Source: Macrostomum lignano (lineage: Eukaryota). From it: 64,000 nt of DNA. The notes below the pieces were generated by a model. It had not been told where the DNA came from. It ran no database searches and saw nothing but the letters and a program-made list of their open reading frames with translations. The stretch's first letter is position 1; each line of letters starts with the position of its first letter. The position numbers were made by a program, and so were the translations under genes. The stretch covers positions 1 to 64,000 of the forward strand of contig NIVC01000554.1 in NCBI GenBank assembly GCA_002269645.1, in the 5' to 3' direction. Shown in pieces: positions 37,195 through 49,100 of the stretch.

Positions 37195-40100
37195 ATGTCA
37201 AATGCAGACGCGAGCGAATCTTTATCAACTGCGGATGGCGGAATCCCCGCCAATGCTGACGTTGTTTTCTCCTTGCCAGATGAAGCTGAGGATGAGCTCA
37301 CGTTAGCTGAGGAACCCGCTGCGAGCACCAGTCTGTCTGAGAAACCTGCTGGTAAGAAAATCTTTGTTTTTCTTTTTTTGACTCCATGTAGATTCAGGTA
37401 GATTGTCAGCGTAGATTCAGGTAGATTGTCAGCGTAGATTCAGGTAGATTGTCAGCGTAGATTCAGGTAGATTGTCAGCGTAGAGATTTAGGTAGATTGT
37501 CAGCGTAGATTAGAGTAGATTGTCAGTGTAGATTCGGGTAGATTGTCAGCGTAGATTAGAGTAGATTGTCAGCGTAGATTCGGGTAGATTGTCAGTGTAG
37601 ATTAGAGTAGATTGTCAGCGTAGATTCGGGTAGATTGTCAGCGTAGATTAGAGTGGATTGTCAGCGTAGATTAGAGTGGATTGTCAGCGTAGATTCGGGT
37701 AGATTGTCAGCGTAGATTCAGCTAGATTGTCAGCGTAGATTCAGGTAGATTGTCAGCGTAGATTCGGGTAGATTGCCAGCGTATAGATTCTGGTAGATTA
37801 AAAGATTAGTTATTCATATTTATTAATTATTCCAGAGGGCAGAAGCTCAACTTCATCTGCCGCTCCAACTCAGCAAGAACAGCAGCCGCCGCCTCCGGCA
37901 CCTCCCGCACATCTGGCTTCAACTTCAGAAATCCAGACTGCCGCAGCTGATTCTGTTGAAAGTGCCAACAAAAATAAAGACTCAATTGTTGAGCACAGCG
38001 CAACAACTGCATCCAATCACGGCAATCAGACTGTAGAATTGGCCTATTCCGTTGAACAGCAGCTGCCTAGCGTGGTTTCTAAGGATTCCGCCCCCGACTC
38101 TAGCAGTACTGAGCCTGCTGCAGCAGCGGTGAGTATTTTCTCATCTTTCTCATCCTCAGTTGCTATGCAGCCAGCCCCCCAGATCCTCAGTTGCTATGGA
38201 GCCAGCCACCCAGATCCTCAGTTGCTATGGAGCCAGCCACCCAGATCCTCAGTTGCTATGGAGCCAGCCACCCAGATCCTCGGTTGCTATGGAGCCAGCC
38301 ACCCAGATCCTCAGTTGCTATGGAGCGAGCCACCCAGATCCTCAGTTGCTATGGAGCCAGCCACCCAGATCCTCAGTTGCTATGCAGCCAGCCTCCCACA
38401 TCCTCAGTTGCTATGCAGCCAGCCCCCCAGATTCTCAGTTGCTATGCAGCCAGCCTCCCACATCCTCAGTTGCTATGCAGCCAGCCTCCCACATCCTCAG
38501 TTGCTATGCAGACAGCCTCCCACATCCTCAGTTGCTATGCAGCCAGCCTCCCACATCCTCAGTTGCTATGCAGCCAGCCCCCCAGATCCTCAGTTGCTAT
38601 GCAGCCAGCCTCCCAGATCCTCAGTTGCTGGGCCAGCCTCCCACATCCTCAGTTGCTATGCAGACAGCCTCCCACATCCTCAGTTGCTATGCAGACAGCC
38701 TCCCACATCCTCAGTTGCTATGCAGCCAGCCTCCCTCATCCTCACCATCAGCGGCAAGTCGAATCCCATGTCATCTCATTCCCTCCCAAACGAATCGCCA
38801 CGCAGTCTCAGCCGCCGCCTACAAAGCGTCAACGCCAGCAACAATCGTCGCGTCAATCTTCCCTAGCAACCGTTGCTAACGACGCGTCGAATTCGGCCGC
38901 TCCCTCAGCTCCTCCGGAGCCCAACTCGCTGCTGCCGCCTCCGCCTCCGCAGCTGTCCGCTAGGCAGCGCGCTCATCAGCGTGCTGTAAAAAGCGCCTCG
39001 GCATTTAATCGGCGCTTCTTAGCCAACCGGCCCTCAGGCGCCGTGTGCACCCAGACTCTGCAGCTGCTGCTGCCAGTCACACAGCCGCAGGCGCCTCCAC
39101 GGCAAGATAAAAGCGAACGATCAGCTTATCCTGTAGCCATTTTGCCTGGCCAGTTCGCTGACTACTGCCAGCACGCCGATAGCATCTCTGCTGGCCGCGA
39201 GCGGTTGAACTATCTGCCTCTGACTAGTTGTTTATACGCGTTGCCTAGGCGACCACCATTGCCGCCTGTTCGATTGGATAATGCCGTGAAGTGTACGGTG
39301 TGCCAGAGTGACTGCTCCGCTTGGCAGGTGAAAATTTTAATCTTTTTTTCCGCGTTCTGCATTTTATAAGTATGCTTTTAGATTTATGGGGTTATTACCG
39401 ATTACCGGGATTTGTAGCCCCATTTAGGGGTCGGCATCTCATCTCCCATCTCATCTAATCTCATCTCATCCCTCTCCTCTCTCCTCTCCTCTCCCCCTCC
39501 TCTCACATCTCCCCTCTCTCCTCTCCCCTTATCTCCCCTTTCCTCTCCCCTCGTCTCTCCTCTCTTCTTTCATCTCTCATCTCTTCTCTCTCTCCTCGTC
39601 TGCCCTTTCCTCTTATCTCTCTCCTCTCCTCTCTCCTTCCTCATCTCCCCCTCGCCTCCCTCATCTCCCCCTCTCCTCCCTCATCTCCCCTCTCCTCCCT
39701 TATCTCCCCTCTCTCCTCTCTCCCCTCGTCTGCCCTCTCTCATCTCCTCTCTGCTCAGATATCTCATATGTCGTCTTGTCTCTCTCTTTTCTCTAGCCCT
39801 GACCCTTGATTTTAAAAATGGTTGCTGACCTCTGATTCAGAATCTCTAAGATGCCATAGGCCATAAGAATCGCCCCAGCCTTTTCGCATTTGAGTCCGCC
39901 ACAACCCCGCAGGTCATTGAGTGCAGCGAATGCCGCAGCCGAGGCCACGCGGCCTGCCTCCAGCTGCCGGACAACATGCTGACAGCGGCCAGGGCCTACG
40001 CCTGGCAGTGCATGGACTGCAAGCGCTGCCAGGAGTGCCTCGACCCCGGCAACGAGGAGCGCATGATGTTCTGCGACGCCTGCGACAGGGGCTTTCACAC

Positions 40101-40362
40101 TTTCTGCGTCGGGCTGCAGGACATTCCGCAGGGTCACTGGGAGTGCCCCGTCTGCGTTGGCCCTTCGGCTGGCGTAAAATCCGCCGCTCCTGCCGCACCT
40201 GCCGACTCCGCGAGCAACACTTTGTCGACGAATCCGACGACCGCGGCGGCGGCGTCTACGACGGCTGCGACGACGACGAAGACAAAAAAACCGCGAGGCG
40301 GCGGCAAAAGAAAGTCGGCGGCTGCTGCCGCTGCTGCTCTGGAGCTGCCCGCTGCTAGCTGA
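37195..40362 (+). CDS. PHF10: PHF10/BAF45a (SAYP)-like double-PHD protein; join(37195..37351,37836..38128,38752..39327,39913..40362), ~491 aa; exon 3 acceptor ambiguous
   Basis: AVKSASAFN...AYPVAILPGQF...LNYLPLTSCLY matches the PHF10 SAY C-terminal signature (YPVALIPGQF..LRYLPLNTALY). Tandem PHD: CTVC..IECSEC..GHAACL..WQCMDCKRC..MMFCDACDRGFHTFCVGL..IPQGHWECPVC. Confidence 0.85.
37386..37795. repeat. 23-bp minisatellite (gtagattgtcagcgtagattcag) in PHF10 intron 1
   Basis: Direct reading. Confidence 0.93.
38150..38745. repeat. 31-bp minisatellite (catcctcagttgctatgcagccagcctccca) x~19 in PHF10 intron 2 or exon 3
   Basis: Direct reading; no stop codon in any forward frame. Confidence 0.95.
39440..39795. 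repeat. CT-rich low-complexity tract in PHF10 intron 3
   Basis: Direct reading. Confidence 0.88.
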
Positions 40363-40364
40363 GG

Positions 40365-40718
<354 letters not shown>

Positions 40719-41257
40719 AATCTCTGTCCAACTGTCTATTTAGCTTTATAAAATTTTCAAGCATTTCTTTATTATTTCACATTTGAATGGTTTCCAGCAG
40801 TTGGACGATGCTAGTTCACAAATTGATGTAATATGACGACTATAAAGCTGTATGCAAGTCTCGAGAAACGCGCAGAACTTTGCTTTCTGTAATAATCAAT
40901 TTTTACAAACTGTATTGTTGTGTCACTGGGCAAAGTCCTTGTGAAAATAAGTTCGCTGTTTTTTTATTAATTTTCTGTTCAATTATGGTTATAATACTTT
41001 CTTGTTGGCATTCATCTCAAAAATGTATAGCAATACATTACTGTGTGTTAAAAGTTTTAATTGTTACACTGTTCAATTGAAAAGTTCTTGTCATTTTGTC
41101 TAGCAATTATCTTTAACAGTTAAATAGGTTTAATTTAATCTCTCGCAAACCATGTTCTGATATGCTGTATCAATTTTAAAAAGCGATTTTAATTGAATCA
41201 TAAAAGAAAGCTTTTGCTCTTTTGTTTGTTTATTCACAATTCTTTGACTTATTAGAA

Positions 41258-41615
41258 TCTCACTGAGAGCACAGGTGTAGAGTCCTGCAGAGTCTCACTC
41301 AGAGCACAGGTGTAGAGTCCTGCAGAGTCTCACTCAGAGCACAGGTGTAGAGTCCTGCAGAGTCTCACTCAGAGCACAGGTGTAGAGTCCTGCAGAGTCT
41401 CACTCAGAGCACAGGTGTAGAGTCCTGCAGAGTCTCACTCAGAGCACAAGTGTAGAGTCCTACAGAGTCTCACTCAGAGCACAAGTGTAGAGTCCTGCAG
41501 AGTCTCACTCAGAGCACAGGTGTAGAGTCCTGCAGAGTCTCACTCAGAGCACAAGTGTAGAGTCCTACAGAGTCTCACTCAGAGCACAGGTGTAGAGTCA
41601 TGCACAGTCTCACTC
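41258..41615. repeat. 35-bp minisatellite (tctcactcagagcacaggtgtagagtcctgcagag) x~10
   Basis: Period measured 41281 to 41316. Confidence 0.95.
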
Positions 41616-41698
41616 AGGCAACAGATTAGCAGTCAATCAGTCAATTATTAGTTCTCAACAACAGAATACCTGCATTGCATGCTCCGTAATCTGCAGTC

Positions 41699-42139
41699 AT
41701 GTCAGGCCTGGCACCTTTCGATGGCGACCGACCGCCGCCACCAGCGTACCCTCTGGTAGGCGGCAGCGGCGCGATGTCTTCAGAGCCTCAGCAACAGCAG
41801 CAGAAACCCATCGAAGATGTCCTTGATGACGAGGACGAACTTGAAGACGAGACAGTTGCCGAGAGAATTCTGGCCCTGGCCGAAATGTTCCCAAAACCGG
41901 TGCGCAGTGCGGCCAGCGGGCTGGTGTCCGGCAGCTTCCAGCTGACTTTGTGGAGCTTTCGACAGGCCAGCAATCTAGCCTGGGTGGCCACCACCACCGG
42001 CCTCATCGCGCTGCTGCCGCTCATCATCGAACGCGAACGGGTCGGAGTTGAAGAGGCCGAGCTGGAGAATGAACGGAAAATGATGCTGGGACCGGCCAGT
42101 GCGTCCGCTGCGGGGCAGCCGGCTTTTGCTCACGCTTAG
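41699..42139 (+). CDS. TOMM22: Mitochondrial import receptor subunit TOM22 (single exon, 146 aa)
   Basis: Acidic N-region DDEDELEDETVAERILALAEMFP, TM AWVATTTGLIALLPLII-ERER, C-terminal MMLGP: typical Tom22 signature. Confidence 0.92.
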   Translation: MSGLAPFDGDRPPPPAYPLVGGSGAMSSEPQQQQQKPIEDVLDDEDELEDETVAERILALAEMFPKPVRSAASGLVSGSFQLTLWSFRQASNLAWVATTTGLIALLPLIIERERVGVEEAELENERKMMLGPASASAAGQPAFAHA

Positions 42140-42141
42140 GA

Positions 42142-43022
42142 TGGGGCGGAAGACTCGAGTGTGTTAGGGGAGTGGGGGCGGAAGACTCGAGTGTGTTAGG
42201 GGAGAGGGGGCGGAAGACTCGAGTGTGTTAGGGGAGTGGGGGCGGAAGACTCGAGTGTGTTAGGGGAGTGGGGGCGGAAGACTCGAGTGTGTTAGGGGAG
42301 AGGGGGCGGAAGACTCGAGTGTGTTAGGGGAGTGGGGGCGGAAGACTCGAGTGTGTTAGGGGAGTGGGGGCGGAAGACTCGAGTGTGTTAGGGGAGAGGG
42401 GGCGGAAGACTCAAGTGTGTTAGGGGAGAGGGGGCGGAAGACTGGAGTGTGTTAGGGGAGTGGGGGCGGAAGACTCGAGTGTGTTAGGGGAGTGGGGGCG
42501 GAAGACTCGAGTGTGTTAGGGGAGAGGGGGCGGAAGACTCGAGTGTGTTAGGGGAGAGGGGCGGAAGACTCGAGTGTGTTAGGGGAGTGGGGGCGGAAGA
42601 CTCGAGTGTGTTAGGGGAGAGGGGGCGGAAGACTCGAGTGTGTTAGGGGAGAGGGGGCGGAAGACTCGAGTGTGTTAGGGGAGTGGGGGCGGAAGACTCG
42701 AGTGTGTTAGGGGAGTGGGGGCGGAAGACTCGAGTGTGTTAGGGGAGAGGGGGCGGAAGACTCGAGTGTGTTAGGGGAGAGGGGGCGGAAGACTCGAGTG
42801 TGTTAGGGGAGAGGGGGCGGAAGACTCGAGTGTGTTAGGGGAGTGGGGGCGGAAGACTCGAGTGTGTTAGGGGAGAGGGGGCGGAAGACTCGAGTGTGTT
42901 AGGGGAGTGGGGGCGGAAGACTCGAGTGTGTTAGGGGAGTGGGGGCGGAAGACTCGAGTGTGTTAGGGGAGTGGGGGCGGAAGACTCGAGTGTGTTAGGG
43001 GAGTGCGGAAGACTCGAGTGTA
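42142..43022. repeat. 32-bp G-rich minisatellite (gggggcggaagactcgagtgtgttaggggagt) x~27 directly after the TOMM22 stop
   Basis: Period measured 42147 to 42179. Confidence 0.96.
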
Positions 43023-43394
43023 ACTATTTGAGAAAAATGCCGAAGTCTTGAAGTCTTAAGGCAGTTTGAGGAGTAGCTTAAATTTGCTTTAGTATGATAA
43101 AATAGTTAAAATTATGTTTATACTGTTAGCAACGTTACCAACTTGCTGATTGCTTGATTTTAGTAAAGCAAAAATGCTTGCTAATCTATCTATTTTCATA
43201 CAGATCCCCTTGTATGTCCCTGTTTAGCTTGTGGCTTTCTTACCAATAATAATGATAATAATATCAACAGCATTAATGTGACCTGTTTAGTCAAGCAGTT
43301 TCATTCTATCATTTGCTTGGTACATTTGAAAAATTGCATACTGCTTTTGAACAGATTTTTATTTAAATGTGTAGCAGTACATTGTGTAAATAGT

Positions 43395-43885
43395 CTGATA
43401 GGAGAATCTAGATGACAGGAGTCTAGATAGGAAATCTAGATAAGCGAATTTAGATAAGAGGAATCTAGATAAGGGAATCTACTTAAAGGAATCTAGTTAA
43501 GGAGAATTTAGATTGAGGAATCTAAATAAGGAGATCTAGTTATAGGAATCTAGTTAGGAGGAATCTAGATAAGGGGAATCTAGATTAGGGGAATCTATAT
43601 TAGGGGAATCTATATTATGGGAATCTATATTAGGGGAATCTATATTAGGGGAATCTAGATAAGGGGAATCTATATTAGGGGAATCTATATTAGGGGAATC
43701 TAGATAAGGGGAATCTATATTAGGGGAATCTATATTAGGGGAATCTATATTAGGGGAATCTATATTAGGGGAATCTAGATAAGGGGAATCTATATTAGGG
43801 GAATCTATATTAGGGGAATCTAGATAAGGGGAATGTATATTAAGGGAATCTAGATAAGGGGATGTAGATAAGGGAATCTATATAG
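43395..43885. repeat. 15-16-bp repeat (gaatctatattagggg / gaatctagataagggg) with a divergence gradient
   Basis: Direct reading. Confidence 0.9.
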
Positions 43886-44213
43886 GAAAAAACTTATAGC
43901 GAGGCTTGCAAATATTTTAGATACAGAACTGATAAAGTTTGATAAATTGAAAACTGTTAAAATTAGCTCGTGTTTTCTATTCTGCTGCATCCTACTCAGT
44001 CGAATCAGTAGCTAATCCGCATAATAATTTCTTTCTTAAATAATTTTTTCAGTCATTTGCAGTGCGAGACGAGGTGGTTAGCAGTTTGATAGCAGCGGCA
44101 GCGGTTGTGTTGTAACAATTGAATCGTTGAATCATTTCAATTCATTGAGACTACGACTTGAAAATAGTTGCGTAGAACTCGCGAAGCAGAAATTTTGGAA
44201 ACAATAAAAAAGC

Positions 44214-46059
44214 ATGATGGAACTGCAAATTGCCGAATTGGAGCGGGCCACTCAGCTGGTGCAGCTGCCGCATCTCAGCCAGGCTGAGCGGCAGTCCGCC
44301 ACCGACACCGTCATGGAGTTCCGGCGAGCTGCCCGGCCCTACGATTTGTGCCGCAGGCTGCTGGCTGCATCGGCTAATCCGCTGCTCATGTTTGAGGCTG
44401 CTAGCACGATGAGGCATGCTCTGCTGAGGGAGTGGCGAGACCTGCCTGCCGATGCCGTGGAGCAGCTCAGGGTGTCGCTGCTGCACCTGCTGGGAGAGAG
44501 GCGGCACGAACTGCCGGTTTTCGTGCGGGAGCAGGTGGGATGGGCGGGTGGGGTGTGGGACTTTGTAGGTGGGGTGTGGGATTGGGTAGGTGGGGTGTGG
44601 GATTGGGTAGGTGGGTGTGGGATTGGGTAGGTGGGGTGTGGGATTGGGTAGGTGGGGTGTGGGATTGGGTAGGTGGGGTGTGGGATTGGGTAGGTGGGGT
44701 GTGGGATTGGGTAGGTGGGGTGTGGGATTGGGTAGGTGGGGTGTGGGATTGGGTAGGTGGGGTGTGGGATTGGGTAGGTGGGGTGTGGGATTGGGTAGGT
44801 GGGGTGTGGGATTGGGTAGGTGGGGTGTGGGATTGGGTAGGTGGGGTGTGGGATTGGGTAGGTGGGGTGTGGGATTGGGTAGGTGGGGTGTGGGATTGGG
44901 TAGGTGGGGTATGGGATTGGGTAGGTGGGGTGTGTGATTGGGTAGGTGGGGTGTACTGGGTAGGTGAGGTCTGGGATTGCGTAGGTGGGGTGTGGGATTG
45001 GGTAGGTGGGGTGTGGGATTGGGTAGGTGGGGTGTGGGATTGGGTAGGTGGGGTGTGGGATTGGGTAGGTGGGGTGTGGGATTGGGTAGGTGGGGTGTGG
45101 GATTGGGTAGGTGGGGTGTGGGATTGGGTAGGTGGGGTGTGGGATTGGGTAGGTGGGGTGTGGGATTGGGTAGGTGGGGTGTGGGATTGGGTAGGTGGGG
45201 TGTGGGATTGGGTAGGTGGGGTGTGGGATTGGGTAGGTGGGGTGTACTGGGTAGGTGGGGTGTACTGGGTAGGTGGGGTGTACTGGGTAGGTGGGGTGTA
45301 CTGGGTAGGTGGGGTCTGGGATTGGGTAGGTGGGGTGTGGGATTGGGTAGGTGGGGTGTGGGATTGGGTAGGTGGGGTGTGGGATTGGGTAGGTGGGGTG
45401 TGGGATTGGGTAGGTGGGGTGTGGGATTGGGCACGTGGGGTGTACTGGGTAGGTGGGGTGTGCGGCAGTCACCTGTGCGGTTGGCTGATGTGGGTGCAGG
45501 TGACGAACCCATCCTTACTGAATCTTTACTCCGCGACTGTCTGTCTCTCCCAAGGTGCTGCTGGCCGTGTGCACCATGGCGAAGCTGTGCGACACGCCCA
45601 GCCGTATGGTGGACGAGATGGAGCAGCTGCTGACCCAGCCAAACTCGGATCGAGCCGCCCAGTTGCTGGGCTGCGCCGGCCTTCGCGCCTTGCTAAACGA
45701 ATACCAGCTGGGCAGGTGCGGCCTGGCCTGGGAGGAGCACGTCAAGCGGAGGCGCCAGTTCGAGGAGGCCGGCCTGTTGAGAGCCTTCGTGCTGTGCGTT
45801 CGCTGCGCCGCGGCGTCGGCTACTAGCTCAGAGTTTGTTGCTTCTAATGCCGATCTGCTGCTGCCGCTGCTGCAGGCAATGGAGTGCGCGCTTAGCTGGG
45901 ATTTCCTGCCTAAGAGGCTGCCGAGGCGGCTGGCTGGATTGCAGGTAACATGAGTGTGCGCCGTTGGCTCGCTTTGGTTGCCAATGTGTTTATCAACCAG
46001 TCACTCAGTCAGTATTTCTCACTAATAATCTGTCAATTGATCAATCAATATATTACACC

Positions 46060-46103
<44 letters not shown>

Positions 46104-49100
46104 CTCAGTCAATCAATCAATCACTCAGTCAATCAATCAATCACTCAGTCAATCAATCAATCACTCAGTCAATCAATCAGTCAATCAATCAATCAGTCAA
46201 TCAATCAATCACTCAGTCAATCAATCAATCAATCACTCAGTCAATCAATCAGTCAATCAATCAATCACTCAGTCAATCAATCAGTCAATCAATCAATTAA
46301 TCAATCAGTCAGTCAATCAATCAATCAATCAGTCAATCAATCAATCACTTAATTAGAGAATCAATAACTCAATCACTCAAATTAATCACAAATTTACTTT
46401 TTCACCCGCCCGCAGTCCGGTCCAGCCGGTATTCTACGCCCTAACGATAACTGGCGCACTGTGCTGCTCGATTCCGGCCTTCTACCAGCCCTATTCGACC
46501 TGCTCACCAACCTTCGCCAGCACCTGCAGCAGCAGCAGCAACAGCAGGAGCAGCAACAGCAATTGAACATCAGCCACGAGCTGGTCAGACTCTGTCTGGC
46601 CTGCATCAGCCAGCTGGCGTCGCTCAGCGGCCCCGGCGTGTTCGCCAATCACACGGCCAAGGAGGCGCACTTCACCAGCTTGGCCAGTCTGTACTCCGCG
46701 GCGCTGCAGCAGGGGCTGCCGGCTGCCGGCGGCCCGGAGCTCACCGGCTTTGCCAATGTGTTCGCCAACCTGTGCCAGCACAGCGGCGGCTGTTGCAGCT
46801 CGTTGGACCGGCTGCCGGCTGCACTGGCTAGCCAAGCTGCCGAGCTCACCGTCAGAGCCTTGGAAGCTGCCGCCTCCGCCTCGTCGGCTAGCGGAGCTGC
46901 TGACGCCAGCGCCGGGGTGTCCGAAGCGGCGGACAGCCTGCTGGACGCCTGGGCGCATCTGTTCGCTGCCGACTCTTCCGGTGGACCGTTCGATTGTGAG
47001 TGGGGATTTACTGTGAGCTGCTGGGTAGATCGGCGTAGATGGTTTGAGTAGGCTGGTGTGGGTTTGAGTAGGCTGGTGTGGGTTTGAGTAGGCTGGTGTG
47101 GGTTTGAGTAGGCTGGTGTGGGTTTGAGTAGGCTGGTGTGGGTTTGAGTAGGCTGGTGTGGGTTTGAGTAGGCTGGTGTGGGTTTGAGTAAGCTGGTGTA
47201 GGTTTGAGTAGGCTGGTGTGGGTTTGAGTAAGCTGGTGTGGGTTTGAGTAGGCTGGTGTAGGTTTGAGTACGCTGCAATTAGGATAGTGCTCCGGGTCAA
47301 CCTGTTAACCAGGCAATTAGGTAATACTTTCTAGGCAGTTTTAAACCAGCTCTGAATGATCCCCACTGTATATCCGCCCTTAAATCCTGCCCCAGCTGGC
47401 AGCGCAGCGGACCTGGCCTCCGCAGCCTCCTCGACGGAAGCGTCGGCCGCCTCAACAGTCGGCCCAATAGCCCAGACGCTGTTCGCCGCCCTGATGCGCT
47501 CCCGCCTGGCGCCGCCTGACGGATTCCGCGGCCTGGCGGCGATGCAGCAGCGACAGGCGACTGAAGCGGACGATGACGAATCGGTGCACGAGCTAGAGGA
47601 GACGGACCAGGTTCGATTCGCTTCCGCTCTGGCCGCTGCTGGCGAATTTGCGCGCCGGGCGCCGGCGTTCGCGCTTAGCGCTTTGGCCGAGGCGCTGGAT
47701 CGGCGCGCCGAACTGCTGGCTGGAGTTCAGCAGCCTGGGGCGTCCGCTGCCGCCGTCTGGTCGGCCTCGGAGGATGCCCACTGGCTGCTGCTGGTTGTTG
47801 GTCACGTGATTGTTGAACCGGACGCCGAGGAGGCGGCGCCGTTTGTACCACGCAGCCTCATGTCCGAGTCGCTGGCCCAGTCGGCCAATGTGGCCGACAG
47901 TGTCCGAGCTCTGTGCGAGGCTTGTCAAGGCCAGAGCCGTGCCGGCGGCGGCCACAGTCAGCAGGTTGATCGCCTGCTGCAGCTGGTGGCCGCCGTCATG
48001 CGGATGGCCTGTCTGCTGGCGAGGACCGCGCCCGAGCCCAGCCCGCTGGTGAGTGCCTGATCAGGCTGGTTATAATTGCTTTCGATACATATCGGTTTGT
48101 TGTTCATTTCGATACATATCGGGCCTTCGTACTGTTCGATACATATCGGGCTTACTTATTGTTTTCGAAAATATTTCGTATATTGTTTTCGATACATATC
48201 GGGATTTTTATCTCTTTTTTCGATACATATCGGGCCTTCTTATCTTTCCTATTGTTTTCGATACGTACCGGTATTTACAAAAATATTTTTCTTTCAGGTA
48301 CTGACTGACATCGCCTGGCTTCTGTCCCGCCTGTCCCGCGTGTATTTCGGTCTAGACGAAACTCTCTACGACACCATCAGTCCCGCCATCCTTGCTGCTT
48401 TCGGTCAGGACAGCGGCGAATCTCTGCGCTGCTGCGCTCAGTTTGCTGTAGATTATTGCCGAGTCTGCCTGGCCAGGTGGCCGGGTGAGCCCGAGCTGGC
48501 AAATGAAGCGGCCAAGCTGATGTGCGCCCTGACTGAGCGGCGCGACTGGTGAGTTTAGGTCCATTCACATCCATCCACTAACCAGCCCGTTCACAGTAAT
48601 TTAATTGCAGTAGCCATTCACAGTAGCTATTCACAGTACTTCATTCACAATAGCCATTCACAGTAAATCATTCACAGTAATTCATTCACAATAGCCATTC
48701 ACAGTAGCTATTCACAGTACTTCATTCACAGTAGCCATTCACAGTAGCCATTCACAGTAAATCATTCACAGTAATTCATTCACAGTAGCCATTCACAGTA
48801 TTTCATTCACAATAGCCATTCACAGTAGCCATTCACAGTATTTAATTCACAGTAGCCATTCACAGTAGCCATTCACAGTATTTCATTCACAGTAGCCATT
48901 CACAGTATTTCATTCACAATAGCCATTCACAGTATTTCATTCACAATAGCCATTCACAGTAAATCATTCACAGTAATTCATTCACAATAGCCATTCACAG
49001 TAGCCATTCACAGTATTTCATTCACAGTAGCCATTCACAGTATTTCATTCACAGTAGCCATTCACAGTATTTCATTCACAGTAGCCATTCACAGTATTTC

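Noticed and set aside
44151-45826. Long PNPTPHL, WDWVGGV and YPIPHPT ORFs
   Set aside because: Translations of the 21-bp array in XPO4 intron 1.
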